Of a stretch of 64,000 bases of DNA, positions 26,664-41,163 are shown piece after piece. The DNA lies in NCBI RefSeq assembly GCF_006345805.1, contig NC_043001.1, positions 36,084,001 to 36,148,000 of the forward strand, given 5' to 3'. The notes beneath the pieces are model-generated. The model saw only the letters and a program-made list of their open reading frames with translations, searched no databases and was not told where the DNA came from. Both the position numbers and the translations under genes were made by a program. This stretch comes from Octopus sinensis (Eukaryota). Each line of letters opens with the position of its first letter. The stretch's first letter is position 1.

Positions 26664-27089
26664 AAAGAGAAGACTAGATGGCCACAGCTGGAGACATCAA
26701 TGATCAAAGATATATACTTTCTCGAATCGGAGCTAATTAAATAGTTAAAACAGCAACAGCAGCAAAAACTAGGAGTAAAATTAATTACAAAGACTTACAT
26801 GATAAATACGCTCTATATTGAGATTTAGAGATATAGTCGAAAGAAAACAAAACAAAAATATGGCAAACTGAAAGGACAGATGGTTTAACAGGAAGACGAG
26901 ATTTCTAGATAAAGAAGTGATGGACAGAGGCAAGGAATAGCGTATAGATGAATAAAGCTTATCAAACATTTAACACGTTTCTTTAAAGGTAACATACTTG
27001 TTAAGCAGACAGACAGATAGCTAAACTAGATACATACACGCACACAAGCAATTAGACAGACACATTACACGCGTGCCTATAAATATGAG

Positions 27090-28335
<1,246 letters not shown>

Positions 28336-28564
28336 CGCGTGTGTGTGTGTTCAAAGCGGCAAATCGGCAGAGCTGTTGGAGCACCGGTTTCGTTCATTTG
28401 TGGAGTTCGTTTATATTCTCTGCGTTGTGAGTTCAAAACTCACTTAAGTCAGCATTTTGGGATCAATAAGTATGATACTCATCGAGTACTACTACAGTGG
28501 ATTTAACACTACCAATCTCTCATTCTTCACACACACACACACACACCACACACGCACATTATAT

Positions 28565-28939
28565 ACTCTTTTACTTGTTTCAGTCATTTGACTGCGGCCA
28601 TGCTGGGGCACCGCCTTTAATCGAGCAAATCGACCCCGGGACTTTGTAAGCCCAGTACTTATTCTATCGGTTTCTTTTGCCGAACCGCTACGTGACGGGG
28701 ACATAAACACACCAGCATCGGTTGTCAAGCAATGCTGGGGGACAAACACAGACACACAAACACACACGCGCACACACATATATATACATATATACGACGG
28801 GCTTCTTTCAGTATTCAAATCCACTCACAAGGCTTTGGTCGGCCCGAGGCTATAGTAGAAGACACTTGCCACGCACTGAGACTGAACCCGGAACCATGCG
28901 GTTGGTAAGCAAGCTACTTACCACACAGCCACTCCTGCG

Positions 28940-28942
<3 letters not shown>
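28565..28942 (-). mobile_element. Full-length SINE family B
   Basis: Reverse complement of the 26216 family from tail (ctcttttacttgtttcagtc) to head (cacacagccactcctgcgcc). Confidence 0.92.
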
Positions 28943-28988
<46 letters not shown>

Positions 28989-29546
28989 TTTATGAAGCTG
29001 TTTTGGAATAGTTGTTCTCGAAGCACAGCATATATACTTATGAAGAAGTGTTTGTAAACAAGGGTGAGCTTCGAGGACCTTTATTCAAAAACACTATTAT
29101 TTCACATATGCTCGATATATCCATACACACACAAACACACACATATATACACACGCACGCACACACACGCACACACGCGCGCGCAATATACAAGCAAGGT
29201 TTCCGTACATAATGACGTCTTGTGCCTTTTAATACAGTGGCTCTTTATAGAAGAGTATATTTGCTGTGCACGCGCATGATGTGTGTGCGCACGTGTGCAT
29301 GTGTGTGTGTGAGTATGTGTGTGCACACGTGTTTGTGTGTGTGTGTGGTGTGTGGTCAAATCAAAATGATGGCTAACACACACATCTGGTTATTTATTTG
29401 TGATAATGGCCACTGATGCGTGCAAGCCTTACACAGAAATATTCCTTTAATGAAACCGGCTTTACGGAATTCTCCAATATTGGTGAAGGATGTTCGATAT
29501 TACTGCTGCAATAGATACTTTCGCATCTGTCCGTGTGTGTGTGTGT

Positions 29547-29609
<63 letters not shown>

Positions 29610-29763
29610 CGTGTGTGTGTGTGTGTGTGATTATGTCAGTATGCAGAATGTTGAATTATAATCTCCTTGAGTACACAGATTCGTTGAAAGACTTCTTAAA
29701 GAACTTTAGCGATGGATGCTACAAGGGATGAAAAATATATTACACCAATCCGGCATACACACA

Positions 29764-29830
<67 letters not shown>

Positions 29831-30199
29831 ACACAAATATATATATATATATATTCATAAACATATATACACACATACATGATATGTTTAAAAATTTTAT
29901 AGAAGTAGAAACAAATGGAAATACACTCACCACACGCACTCACATTTCTACATATATACATATGTATATATATATATATATAAAGAAACACACACATGTA
30001 CATATACATACATGCTGATGCACACACAAATAGATATGTATACACATTTGACGAAATCTCAACTGATACTTTGGGGCCACACATGAATTCAAAACGCAGT
30101 CACTTCATTGCTAGATGCTGTAATATATTTTATGCATACGCACGCATATTACATGAACATGCATTAATACACGTATATATTCTTAAAATATATTTTACA

Positions 30200-30265
30200 G
30201 GAGAATCCAGGAATCAGTCCCCGGTACGACTAGCAAGCAAAGCGAGCATTCTACCACCTGAGGAT
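30200..30265 (-). pseudogene. Decayed tRNA-like sequence (tRNA-Gly-like D-arm) or isolated SINE head
   Basis: Reverse complement tcaggtggtagaatgctcgc...ccggggactgattcctgg resembles tRNA-Gly. Anticodon arm and acceptor stem are broken. Confidence 0.4.
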
Positions 30266-30523
30266 GTGAATGAGACGTACTAGTATGTAACGCAAAGTAT
30301 TTTTGAATATATATACAATACACACACACACACACACAATATATATACACCCTCTTTTATCAAAAATTAAGTTGAAAAATATGGGAGTTTCTTATACATG
30401 GTTAGTATTATAATCCCTTACAAAACAATTTTTTCAAAATTTTAAGGCACCAAAATTAGAGGGTTCCTTATACACGTTAAAATACGGTATGTATAATATA
30501 TACATACATACATATATATACAT

Positions 30524-30560
<37 letters not shown>

Positions 30561-31981
30561 TACATACATAGATACATACATATATATATATGTGTGTGGT
30601 GTGTGTGTGTATGTATATGTATTCACATACACACATACATGTGCGATACGGAATGTGTGTGTGTGTGTGTGTGTGTTTACTGTGTATTCCGTATTTTATA
30701 TATACTATACACAATGTAGCCGAAAGTTTACAAGTTGGTGTTCATTTTTCCCTTCGTTCAAGATGACGCAACGTTATTATGTTTATATCAAGCACCTGCA
30801 CCAACATATACACACACAGAACTCCCGTACATACACAGAATTCGTTCGTAATATTCATTGCTTTCCTTCTAGTTGGTTCTTTTTTGTTTCGAATCTTTTT
30901 TTTTTTTTTTTTTTTTTGTTTTTAGTCAGCCCTTCTGCTTTCATCATGCAGACAAGTGATCAAAGGTTTTTTTCAATTATGTGACCATGCTGTCATACTT
31001 AAATAACTAGCTATGTAAATCTGAATTATTCAATGCATACATTCCTTTTAATGCAGAGGGGTGTGATATTGAGGAAATTTGGTTGTTATTTCTAGCACAT
31101 CGAGCGACCTTATACAGCCACTATTATTGGATCGGTATAGCCGTTTTATATATCAGTAAATACGAGAGTGTGTATGTGTGTGTGTGTGTATGTGTGTGTG
31201 CATAAATAGACAGAGAGAGGGAGAGAGAGACAGTGAGAGACAGACAGACAGACAGAAATACGTAGAGAGAGAGAGAGAGACAGACAGACAGAATACATAG
31301 TGAGAGAGAGAGACAAACAGACAGACAGAAATACATAGAGAGAGAGAGAGAGAGAGAGAAAGAGAAGGAGAGAGATTAAATAGATAGATTAGACGAACAG
31401 ACAGTTTTGGCGATACAAACATTTGGATATATATTTTATTATTTATGAAGAGTCAAAGCACGAAACTCCCGGACTTCGAGTGACTCTAACTTCTGCTGCT
31501 TTAAATGCGTGTATGCGCTCGCACAAACATGTTTGTGCATATCTCCTCGTTTATTCAGGAACAAACAGAATATCTTCAGAAAGTCCGTCTCTTTTGATAA
31601 CCCGATAATATTTAGTATTAATGCATGCGAAAATATACATGTATGCTCATGAGCAAAATGTGACACAGCCCAAGATTTATCTGTTGCAGCTGCTAAAATG
31701 ACATGACGACCGGTGGCTGCCAAATGCTTAAATGCTTGCAGTTGAATTTGAAACACGGGACGACCAACCAACCAACCTACCGACATCCAAAATTCCGTTA
31801 TTTTGAAATTTGACTTTTCCGAGTTCGTGGGAAGATTTTAATTATCAATTAATTTCGCTGTGACATATGTCTGTGCTTAAATCGGTCTTGTTTTGTTACT
31901 CCAGTTATCACAAGTTAGTCTACATTTCTGTACATTGGTACTCACTCATATATATTTTGTGCAGTCTATATACTTATGTAC

Positions 31982-32021
<40 letters not shown>

Positions 32022-32359
32022 GCATACATATATACATACATATAATATATACATATATAATCACACATAAATATATTAACTATATACATATTTATGCATA
32101 CATACATATATATATATTTCTAAATCTCTCAGAGATTTATACAGTAGTAACACTATAGATTGGTGATATGTTGTCAACTTAATGTGTGTGTGTATATATA
32201 TATACGTATATATATATATACATACATACATAATATATATATAATATATATATATATATATTATATATGTAAAGGCAGTGCTCTAGCATGACTGTACTCA
32301 AATGACTGAAACATGTAAATGAATATATATATACATATGTATGTATTATATATGTTTAT

Positions 32360-32403
<44 letters not shown>

Positions 32404-33412
32404 GTATATTATATATATATATATATATGTATGTATATATATATAATAACATATATATATATATTTAATTATAAACACACATGCTTACACACACACTCAT
32501 ATATATTAATATATATATATATAGGGAACACGCAGTATGGCGAATTTATAATACATTAAGTTAAATATATGAGTAATTGAAATTAACAGTAACATAATAC
32601 ATATACGCTCATTTTTCTATACTTGTAATGTTTGCAATATATATAAATGTGTATATATGTGCATGTGTGTACATGTATAATACATTAAACCATATGGGTA
32701 CACATATATAATATAATATTACGTATATGGTTTGATGTATTATACATGTACACACATGCACATATATACACATTTATATATAATGCAAACATAATAAGCA
32801 TAGAAAAGGGAGCGTATGTATATATATATATATATATGTGTGTGTGTATGTAGTTACGTGTGACACACACGTATATTATGCACAAATATAGAAGAAAAAT
32901 GACGGAAGTATTCAACTTGAGTTCACCTGAACACCGTCCGGTCTATAACTTAAGATGTTTCTCAAGATTGTTTAAGCAGATTTGTCACCACAATTCATTG
33001 GAAACTAAAAGGGTTCGAGTGTAGATGAAGCTAAAATATACTTCAAAGTAAACTTTAAGCAGTATTTGTAAAATGAACTCGGTTTGCTCCACTTCACAGT
33101 GCATAAACGTGGACTTGCCCGACGATGAAAGCGTGTGGGTAGAGGTACATACGTACATATATATTATATACTTAACCGTTGTACAGATTCATATAATACG
33201 GATATACAAATACTTACATACCATATATACATACATAGAGTGAGAGAGAGAGAGAGAGATGGGGGGGGGGTTAGTGGAAATTTGACTGAACGAGAAATAC
33301 TAGATAAGAGAGAAAATATTGCAAAGTAGATTGGCACGCACACACACATTTATGCATAATTCACATATAAACATACATACATATATACACAGATGCACAA
33401 TGAGACAGACAG

Positions 33413-33413
33413 T

Positions 33414-33468
<55 letters not shown>

Positions 33469-33741
33469 ATCGGTAGATAGATAGATAAATCGATAGGTAG
33501 GTAGATAGATAGATAGGTAGGTAGGTAGGTAGGTAGGTGGGTAGGTAGGTAGATATAGGTAGGTAGGTAGGTAGATATAGATAGATAGATAGATAGATAG
33601 ATCGATAGGTAGGTAGATAGATAGATAGATAGATAGGTGGGTAGGTAGGTAGATATAGGTAGGTAGGTAGGTAGATATAGGTAGGTATGTAGGTAGATAT
33701 AGATAGATAGATAGACAGATAGATAGATAGATAGAAAGGTA

Positions 33742-33806
<65 letters not shown>

Positions 33807-33814
33807 AAGGTAGG

Positions 33815-33845
<31 letters not shown>

Positions 33846-33899
33846 GTAGGTAGGTAGGTAGGTAAGTAGGTAGGTAGGTAGATAGATAGATAGATAAAG

Positions 33900-33930
<31 letters not shown>

Positions 33931-33945
33931 GATGGATAGATATGA
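33413..33945. repeat. Long (GATA)n/(GGTA)n tetranucleotide array
   Basis: About 530 bp of GATA/GGTA units. Confidence 0.95.
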
Positions 33946-34010
33946 AACAAGGGACGTATTGTGAGAATGCGTGTGTGTGAGAGATACAGAGAGAGGGAAA
34001 GACAGAGAGA

Positions 34011-34058
<48 letters not shown>

Positions 34059-35620
34059 TTTGCTTGTATATATGAGTGTGCGTGAGTGCGCACGCTTAAT
34101 AGATCATTCTTTTTTCATCCGGATGAATGCTGATGAAAGAAAAAATTTCAGTTTACATTTCCCGATGTTTGGAAATTTTTTTTTTTTTTTCAATTTTAAT
34201 TTTTGTCTTATTTATTTATTTATTTATTTATTTATTTCATGCTGCTGCTGCTGCTGTTTGTGTATTTTTCTCTTAAATCACACTTATTTATGGCACAAGA
34301 CGTCATAAACGACAAATCGGACTGAACTTGCTGCACTCATTAAAATTCATATCGACAGGTAGGATAGGTAGGTAGATAGATAGATAGATAAAAATACATA
34401 GAAAGATAGATGGATCTTTGAAAAACACGCGCATACACACACACACACACACACAGGTAGGTAGACAGTGAGGCGGGAGTAATAAAAAAAAAAGAGAGAC
34501 AGACAGAAATAATAAAAAAATAGAAAAATAAAAACTGTTGCTAGTCAATGGCATACCAAGATATGTACTTAACCAACGAGTGTGTGAGTGTGTTTACGTA
34601 TATATATATATATATATATATATGTTGTATGAATGTATGTACGTATGTATACACAGAAACATAGAGCTTAAATTAGATGTGCACACAAAAAATGAAATAT
34701 GTATGCCTGCATGTATATATATTATACATATATATATATATATAATAAATATACACATATTTAGGCATATATACATTTTACACACATATATTATATATAT
34801 TATATACATAAATATATACATACTATACATACATGCATATACATACATACACACACATACCATACATACATTATATATATATATATATAGGTCATATATT
34901 ATATCATCAGAAATTCAGACAGATGCATATTTATATGTGAATGTTAAAAAATATATATGCACACACACACACACACATATATGTACGTGTATATTTGAGT
35001 GTGGTATATGTATGCATGTATGTATATATATATGTGTGTATATATATGTATGTATGTACGTATGTATGTATGTACAGATTGATAGCCAATCTAAAGCAGT
35101 GGTGGTGTGTTCGGTAGGTTGCATTGGTATCTGGGTTGCTATGTAGGTAGTCTGATAGTACACAGGCAAAAAGTTGATATGTTAAACGACGATTAACCGA
35201 AACGTTTCCCTTAGCTATGGTTAAAAATGGCACAACTGGACACTAAGTACTTACTAAACTCTCTCTATCCACCTACCTATGTATCTTTCTTTCTCTCTCT
35301 CTTTCTCCCCCTCCGTTCAATTTCACGCACATGTAGTTTTTATCAGGCGACGATACTGACAAGACAACGAACGAACACACAAAACACAAATCACATCGGC
35401 GCTCACACACATACACACATACACACACACATTTACAAATATATACACTTGCAAGCTTCTTCTCTACAAACATATCACAAACATAAAACTACAAGGAGAA
35501 GCAAGGCACACACATGTACACACCATAGGCACAGACACTCGAACAAATAGATTTTTCTAACATGTTTGTTGCCTTGCCGTGGTGTTATTTTGTTGATGTT
35601 GTTGGGGAAGTAAAGCTATG

Positions 35621-36160
35621 ATTTATTATTATTATTATTATTATTTTATTAGTATTATTATTATTATTCTGATTATTACTATTATTATTACTGTTATTAC
35701 TATTATATATTATATTTTATTATTATTACTATTATTACTATTCTGTATTATTTACTATTATTATTGATATTATTATTGTATTATTGTGTTTTTATTACTA
35801 CTATTATTATTATTATTACTATCATCATTATTATTATTACTATCATCATTATTTATTATATACTATCATCATTATTATTATTATTATTATTACTACTATC
35901 AATCCTCATTTATTATTATTAGACTACTAATATCATCATCATTATTATTATTATTATTATTATTACTATTACTATTATTATTACTATTATTATTTACTAT
36001 ATTATTATTATTATTACTATTATTATTACTATTACTATTATTATTATTATTATTACTATCATTATTATTACTATTATTATTACTACTATTATTATTACTA
36101 CTATTATTATTAATATTATTATTATCATTATTATTATTATTATCATTAGTATTATTATTC
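35621..36160. repeat. Long imperfect (TTA)n array
   Basis: TTA/CTA/TCA triplets; source of the poly-Leu/poly-Asn pseudo-ORFs. Confidence 0.95.
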
Positions 36161-36361
36161 ATGGTGTTGGCATTGGTGGTCCATGTCAAAACATTTCGGT
36201 TAATCTTAGAACCATACCAGGTTTTTTTTTTAAAGAGAGATCCCCCCCGAACATTTTTTTTTTATTTTTATTTTATCTGGTTCTTAAATTTTTTTTTTCT
36301 CTCTATATTTTTTTTTATTTTTATTTTTCGATTTTTTTTTCTTCTTTCTTATCCTGGTTTT

Positions 36362-36461
36362 NNNNNNNNNNNNNNNNNNNNNNNNNNNNNNNNNNNNNNN
36401 NNNNNNNNNNNNNNNNNNNNNNNNNNNNNNNNNNNNNNNNNNNNNNNNNNNNNNNNNNNNN
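36362..36461. other. Assembly gap (100 N)
   Basis: Run of n characters. Confidence 1.
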
Positions 36462-36896
36462 CGCGACATGGTGATCTCATATCAAGATAAACAGCGCATG
36501 ACCTTGCAGGTGGGGCCCAGTTAGAATTTTCTTCTGGTTGAGTAACCCATCCTGCCCAAAAGGTCCCCGAATAAGGGTTGTTTAAGGATCTTTGAACGAA
36601 ACACCTATGTCTCCAGAGGTGAATTATTCAAACCCCAAAGAATCCCTCTCAACACATGGCTATGATGCTCTCCCTCTGCTTCTGCTCATGATCAGAGATG
36701 CACATATCGTCAACCACTAAGGGATATGCTCAAGTGGTTAAGGTCAAACAACTGACAAGCAAATCTGTGGTACTGAGTAGAATATTTGCTGAAGCCCATC
36801 TTTTATACCAAGACAAAACAATATACATGATAACACTTCCAATCAGTTAAGATTAGAAGCCATGAGAGCCACTGTCTGGTGCTGCATCAGGGCATT
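36462..36896 (+). mobile_element. Unclassified retroposon-like 3' end with (ATT)n tail
   Basis: Higher-GC complex sequence ending abruptly at gcatcagggcattt(att)n. No recognisable ORF. Confidence 0.35.
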
Positions 36897-36936
36897 TATT
36901 ATTATTATTATTGTTGTTGTTGTTGTTGTTGTTGTT

Positions 36937-37244
36937 AACACGCTGGGTGAAATGCTTAGCAGTGATTCGTCTGCTGCTATGTTCTGAGTCGAAATTCCGC
37001 TGAGGTCGACTTTGCCTCTCATCCTTTCGGGGTTGATAAATTAAGTACCAGTAAAGTACTGGGGTCGACGCAATCGACTAAGACCACTCCCCACAAATTT
37101 CAGTCCTTGTGCCTATAATAGAAAGGACTATCATTATTATTATTATTATTATGATCATTATCATTATTATTATTATCATTATTATGATCACTATCATTAT
37201 CATTATTATTATTATTATTATGATCACTATCATTATCATTATTA

Positions 37245-37278
<34 letters not shown>

Positions 37279-37295
37279 GATCACTATCATTATCA

Positions 37296-37338
<43 letters not shown>

Positions 37339-37472
37339 GGCGGCGAGCTGGCAGAATTGTTAGCGCGCCGGGCAAAATGCTTAGCTGTATTTCGTTGAGT
37401 TTGTGAAGCACTGGGGTCGATGCAATCCACTAGTCCCACAGATTTCAGGCCTTGTACCGTTAGTAAAAAGGA
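36937..37472 (+). mobile_element. Two SINE family A copies (36937-37126, 37337-37472) separated by (ATT/ATC)n
   Basis: Head aaggcggcgagctggcagaattgttagc; tails cttgtgcctataatagaaagg(att)n. Confidence 0.88.
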
Positions 37473-37919
37473 TTGTTGTTGTTGTTGTTGTTGTTGTTGT
37501 TTTGTCAGCAAAGACTTGGGTTTAGGATTCACTGGTGTGAAATTACTGATAATTATGTTCCGCTAACGTGTCTATGCGATTGACTGCCGCTCGACCTGCT
37601 ATAACATTGATAAACTAAATCTTCATTAGATCATACTCTTCCCTCTGACAGGGAGTAAAAAAAAAGAAAAGAAAAGAAAAGAAACAAGAAGGAAAAAACA
37701 TCGCACAAACTAAAGAGTGAGAGAGGGAGCGAATGTGAGTGAGAGGTGAGTGAGAACGAAGTATGGAAACTGTTTTTGATCATAAATCTGCTGAAACGCA
37801 GACGACGGTGATAGCCAATTCGCGTCCCCTAGTCACATTCATAACAATACTTAAGTAACAATTAAGTCTCAAAACCCTCGTTGCTGAATGCGGAAGGCTC
37901 TTCCCGTTTTATATAAGTA

Positions 37920-38321
37920 CTAGCAGTATCGCCCGGCGTTGCTCGGGTTTGTAAGGGAAATAACTATATAAGCATTTTTAGAGAGTTATAGCCAAAAAAT
38001 AGCAAAAAAATGCATTAAAAATGGAAAAAAAATTATGGTAAATTTTTTTTTAAATCGTTGACTCATCGTAGACATTTTTAGAGAGTTACTTCCCTTATAT
38101 AATAGCGAAAAAAATGCATTAAAATGGAAAAAAATTATGGTAAATTTTTTTTTAAATCGTAGACTCATCGTAGACGCGCGCTAATACCCAGAAGGGCTCG
38201 ATATGAATCCCGACTATAAGATACCCGGTTTTTTCGGTTAAACTGCACCGCAAAATGTGGGAGTAGTTAGGAATCTAAATCGTAGGAGACAGACACACAA
38301 CCTTACTTTTATATATAAAGA
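37920..38321 (-). mobile_element. Non-autonomous Helitron
   Basis: Minus strand: A|TCTTTATATAT...CCCGAGCAACGCCGGG hairpin...CTAG|T, no TSD. Internal ~80-bp tandem duplication. Confidence 0.85.
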
Positions 38322-38781
38322 TTTTACGCTTCACTCTTACGCAGTTATTACACATCTATTCTTACAACTTAAAATATGAGTTGTGTTTTTTCAGAAATAT
38401 TTAAACGATTATGTTTTTTGTTTTGTTTGTTTTTTTTCATCTGATCTTTTGCTGTGTTTAATGAGGACTGTCGTTAGGTAAATCAAATATCAGCGTATAC
38501 AGTCTGTTCTTTCCCCCCTTTACTACGGCTTTTTAAACTTTGGTATGATCTGTGGAGTAATAAACACAAGGTTGTGTTTTTCTTTGTTGTTTTTTTTGGA
38601 GGGGGGGGGGGCGGTCTACTTTTTGGTGTGGTGGTGGTGGTGGTGGTGGTGGGATAATTTTTTAATTTTTTATTACTAGAACACGAAAACGTTTCAACTA
38701 CGAGGGGTTGAGTAAATCGCCTTAAACGCTACCAGTGTGTGTGCGGATAATCAATTATATATATATATATATATATATATT

Positions 38782-38990
38782 AACGGGAAGCTTTATGAAA
38801 ATAAACAAAAGACGAAGGCAGGTGGAAAACAAACGAACAATTGTATTAGTATGGCGCTCAGGAAATATAAATAAAACAAGTCTTTAACGTTTCGAGCCTA
38901 CGCTCTTCAACAGAAAGATACACAGAGAGAGAAAAACACAGAAAGAAGGAGAGAAAAAAAATGCGTGCAGTAGCTAACGAATCAACATGG

Positions 38991-39030
<40 letters not shown>

Positions 39031-39200
39031 CGGGAAGCTTTATGAAAATAGACAAAAGACGAAGGCAGGTGGAGTACAAACAAGCAATTGAATTAGTATG
39101 GCGCTCAGGAATATAAATAAAACAAGTCTTTTACGTTTCGAGCCTACGCTCTTCAACAGAAAGATACACAGAAAGAAACAAGGAGAGAGAAAAATATGCA
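38782..39200 (-). ncRNA. Tandem ~246-bp repeat, each unit with a minimal type I hammerhead-like fold (Penelope/retrozyme-like)
   Basis: Minus strand: TCTTT-CTGTTGA-A-GAGC GTAG GCTC-GAAA-CGT(A/T)-AAAGA at 38881-38918 and 39127-39164. Units are separated by (TA)n. Confidence 0.65.
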
Positions 39201-39303
39201 TATACGAGACGTCGTCAACAATACAAATAACATGAAATGCGTGAACTCCGTAAACAACGAGAAAAATGTGTAAATATATAAACACGTATATATATATATA
39301 TAT

Positions 39304-39415
39304 CTGTAAATGTAATATGTGACAATTATTCGGTAGCCATGATAAAACTCCGAGACATCCAAAACTCGGAGTTTTATCATGGCTACTGAATAATTGTCAC
39401 ATATTACATTTACAG
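39304..39415. repeat. Near-perfect palindrome (51-bp arms, 10-nt loop) inside (TA)n
   Basis: 39304-39354 is the reverse complement of 39365-39415 with one G/T mismatch; loop ACATCCAAAA. Confidence 0.95.
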
Positions 39416-39508
39416 ATATATATATATATATTTATATATATACACATTTTTCTCGTTGTTAATATATATATATATATAATATATAATACACACATTTTTC
39501 TCGTTGTT

Positions 39509-39540
<32 letters not shown>

Positions 39541-39879
39541 CACACACATACATACATACATACATACATTCACGTGTGTGTGTGTGTGTGTGTGTACATG
39601 GACATATATATACATAACTATATTCACGTATGTAAATGTGTACCATTCCAGTGTGTGGATAATCATGTGTGTGTGTTCGTACATGAACACATATCGACGT
39701 AACTGTATATACGTGCACATAAAATACATACATATATGTCTACAGTATATATATACATGTACACATGTGCAAAACTGTTTGTGTGTATATAAATATGTAC
39801 ACATTTATATGCTTACACAGAAATGCAAAAATATGTAGGTATAGATGTTTGTAAATATATACCTATATGAAGAGAGAGA

Positions 39880-40210
<331 letters not shown>

Positions 40211-40667
40211 AGATCGATACACGTATATGTATGTATATACCTGCGAATATATACATGTAAAAGTCTGTGTGTGTGTGTGGTGTGTATTAACGTGAACGTC
40301 GGCTGCAACACAATGTAGCAGGTGATATATGTTAAAGAAATATTATATATGAAATATTAGATTCACATCGTCAATCTCTCTCTGCTGTATCGAAAAAAAA
40401 TGGCAAAAATAACAGCAAATAATTTCTCTGATGCCATTCTTTTTTAGCTTTTGTCTTTTATATTTCTTTCTCTCTTTCTTTCTCTGGCTCAATCTTCGTC
40501 GCTTGTCTCTCATTTCAGGTTAATAAAAAAAACAGAAAATTGAGAAAAAAAACAAGTGGATTCTGCTTCTTTTGAAAGTCGACTTTTAACAAAGCAGAAT
40601 GCAATGAGGAAATCGATGGAATAGTCTATCAGAAATTACACGCACACCCGTTGTCTGCTCTTAATAC

Positions 40668-40701
<34 letters not shown>

Positions 40702-40859
40702 ATGTGTGTACATGCGTGCGTGTGTGTGTGGACATACACACAAATATAGGCATGTACACATGAAGATGTACATACATAACACTTTTACACACACATGTAT
40801 ACGAACTTATACACACACACACACACACACAACACTTACCACCACAGAACAGTACACTA

Positions 40860-40896
<37 letters not shown>

Positions 40897-41163
40897 TATA
40901 TATACATATAAATATATATGAATATATATTTATTTATATGTATATAAATATATATGTAAATATGTGTATGTCTATAGATATAAGTATATGTATTCATATA
41001 AATGTATGTCTATATATATATATATATATATATATTTATACAAATATATATAAATACATAGATATGTGTGTATGTATGTACATATTTATGTATAGTGATG
41101 TAAACTGGAAAAGTAAAACTCTCGGTTTTGAATCACTCCGCTGCTTTCGCTAGATATTTATAT

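Noticed and set aside
36170-36361. Homopolymer-rich segment before the gap
   Set aside because: Likely low-quality contig end.
38782-39520. CRISPR-like repeat-spacer array
   Set aside because: Eukaryotic context, only two long units, and the spacers are microsatellites.
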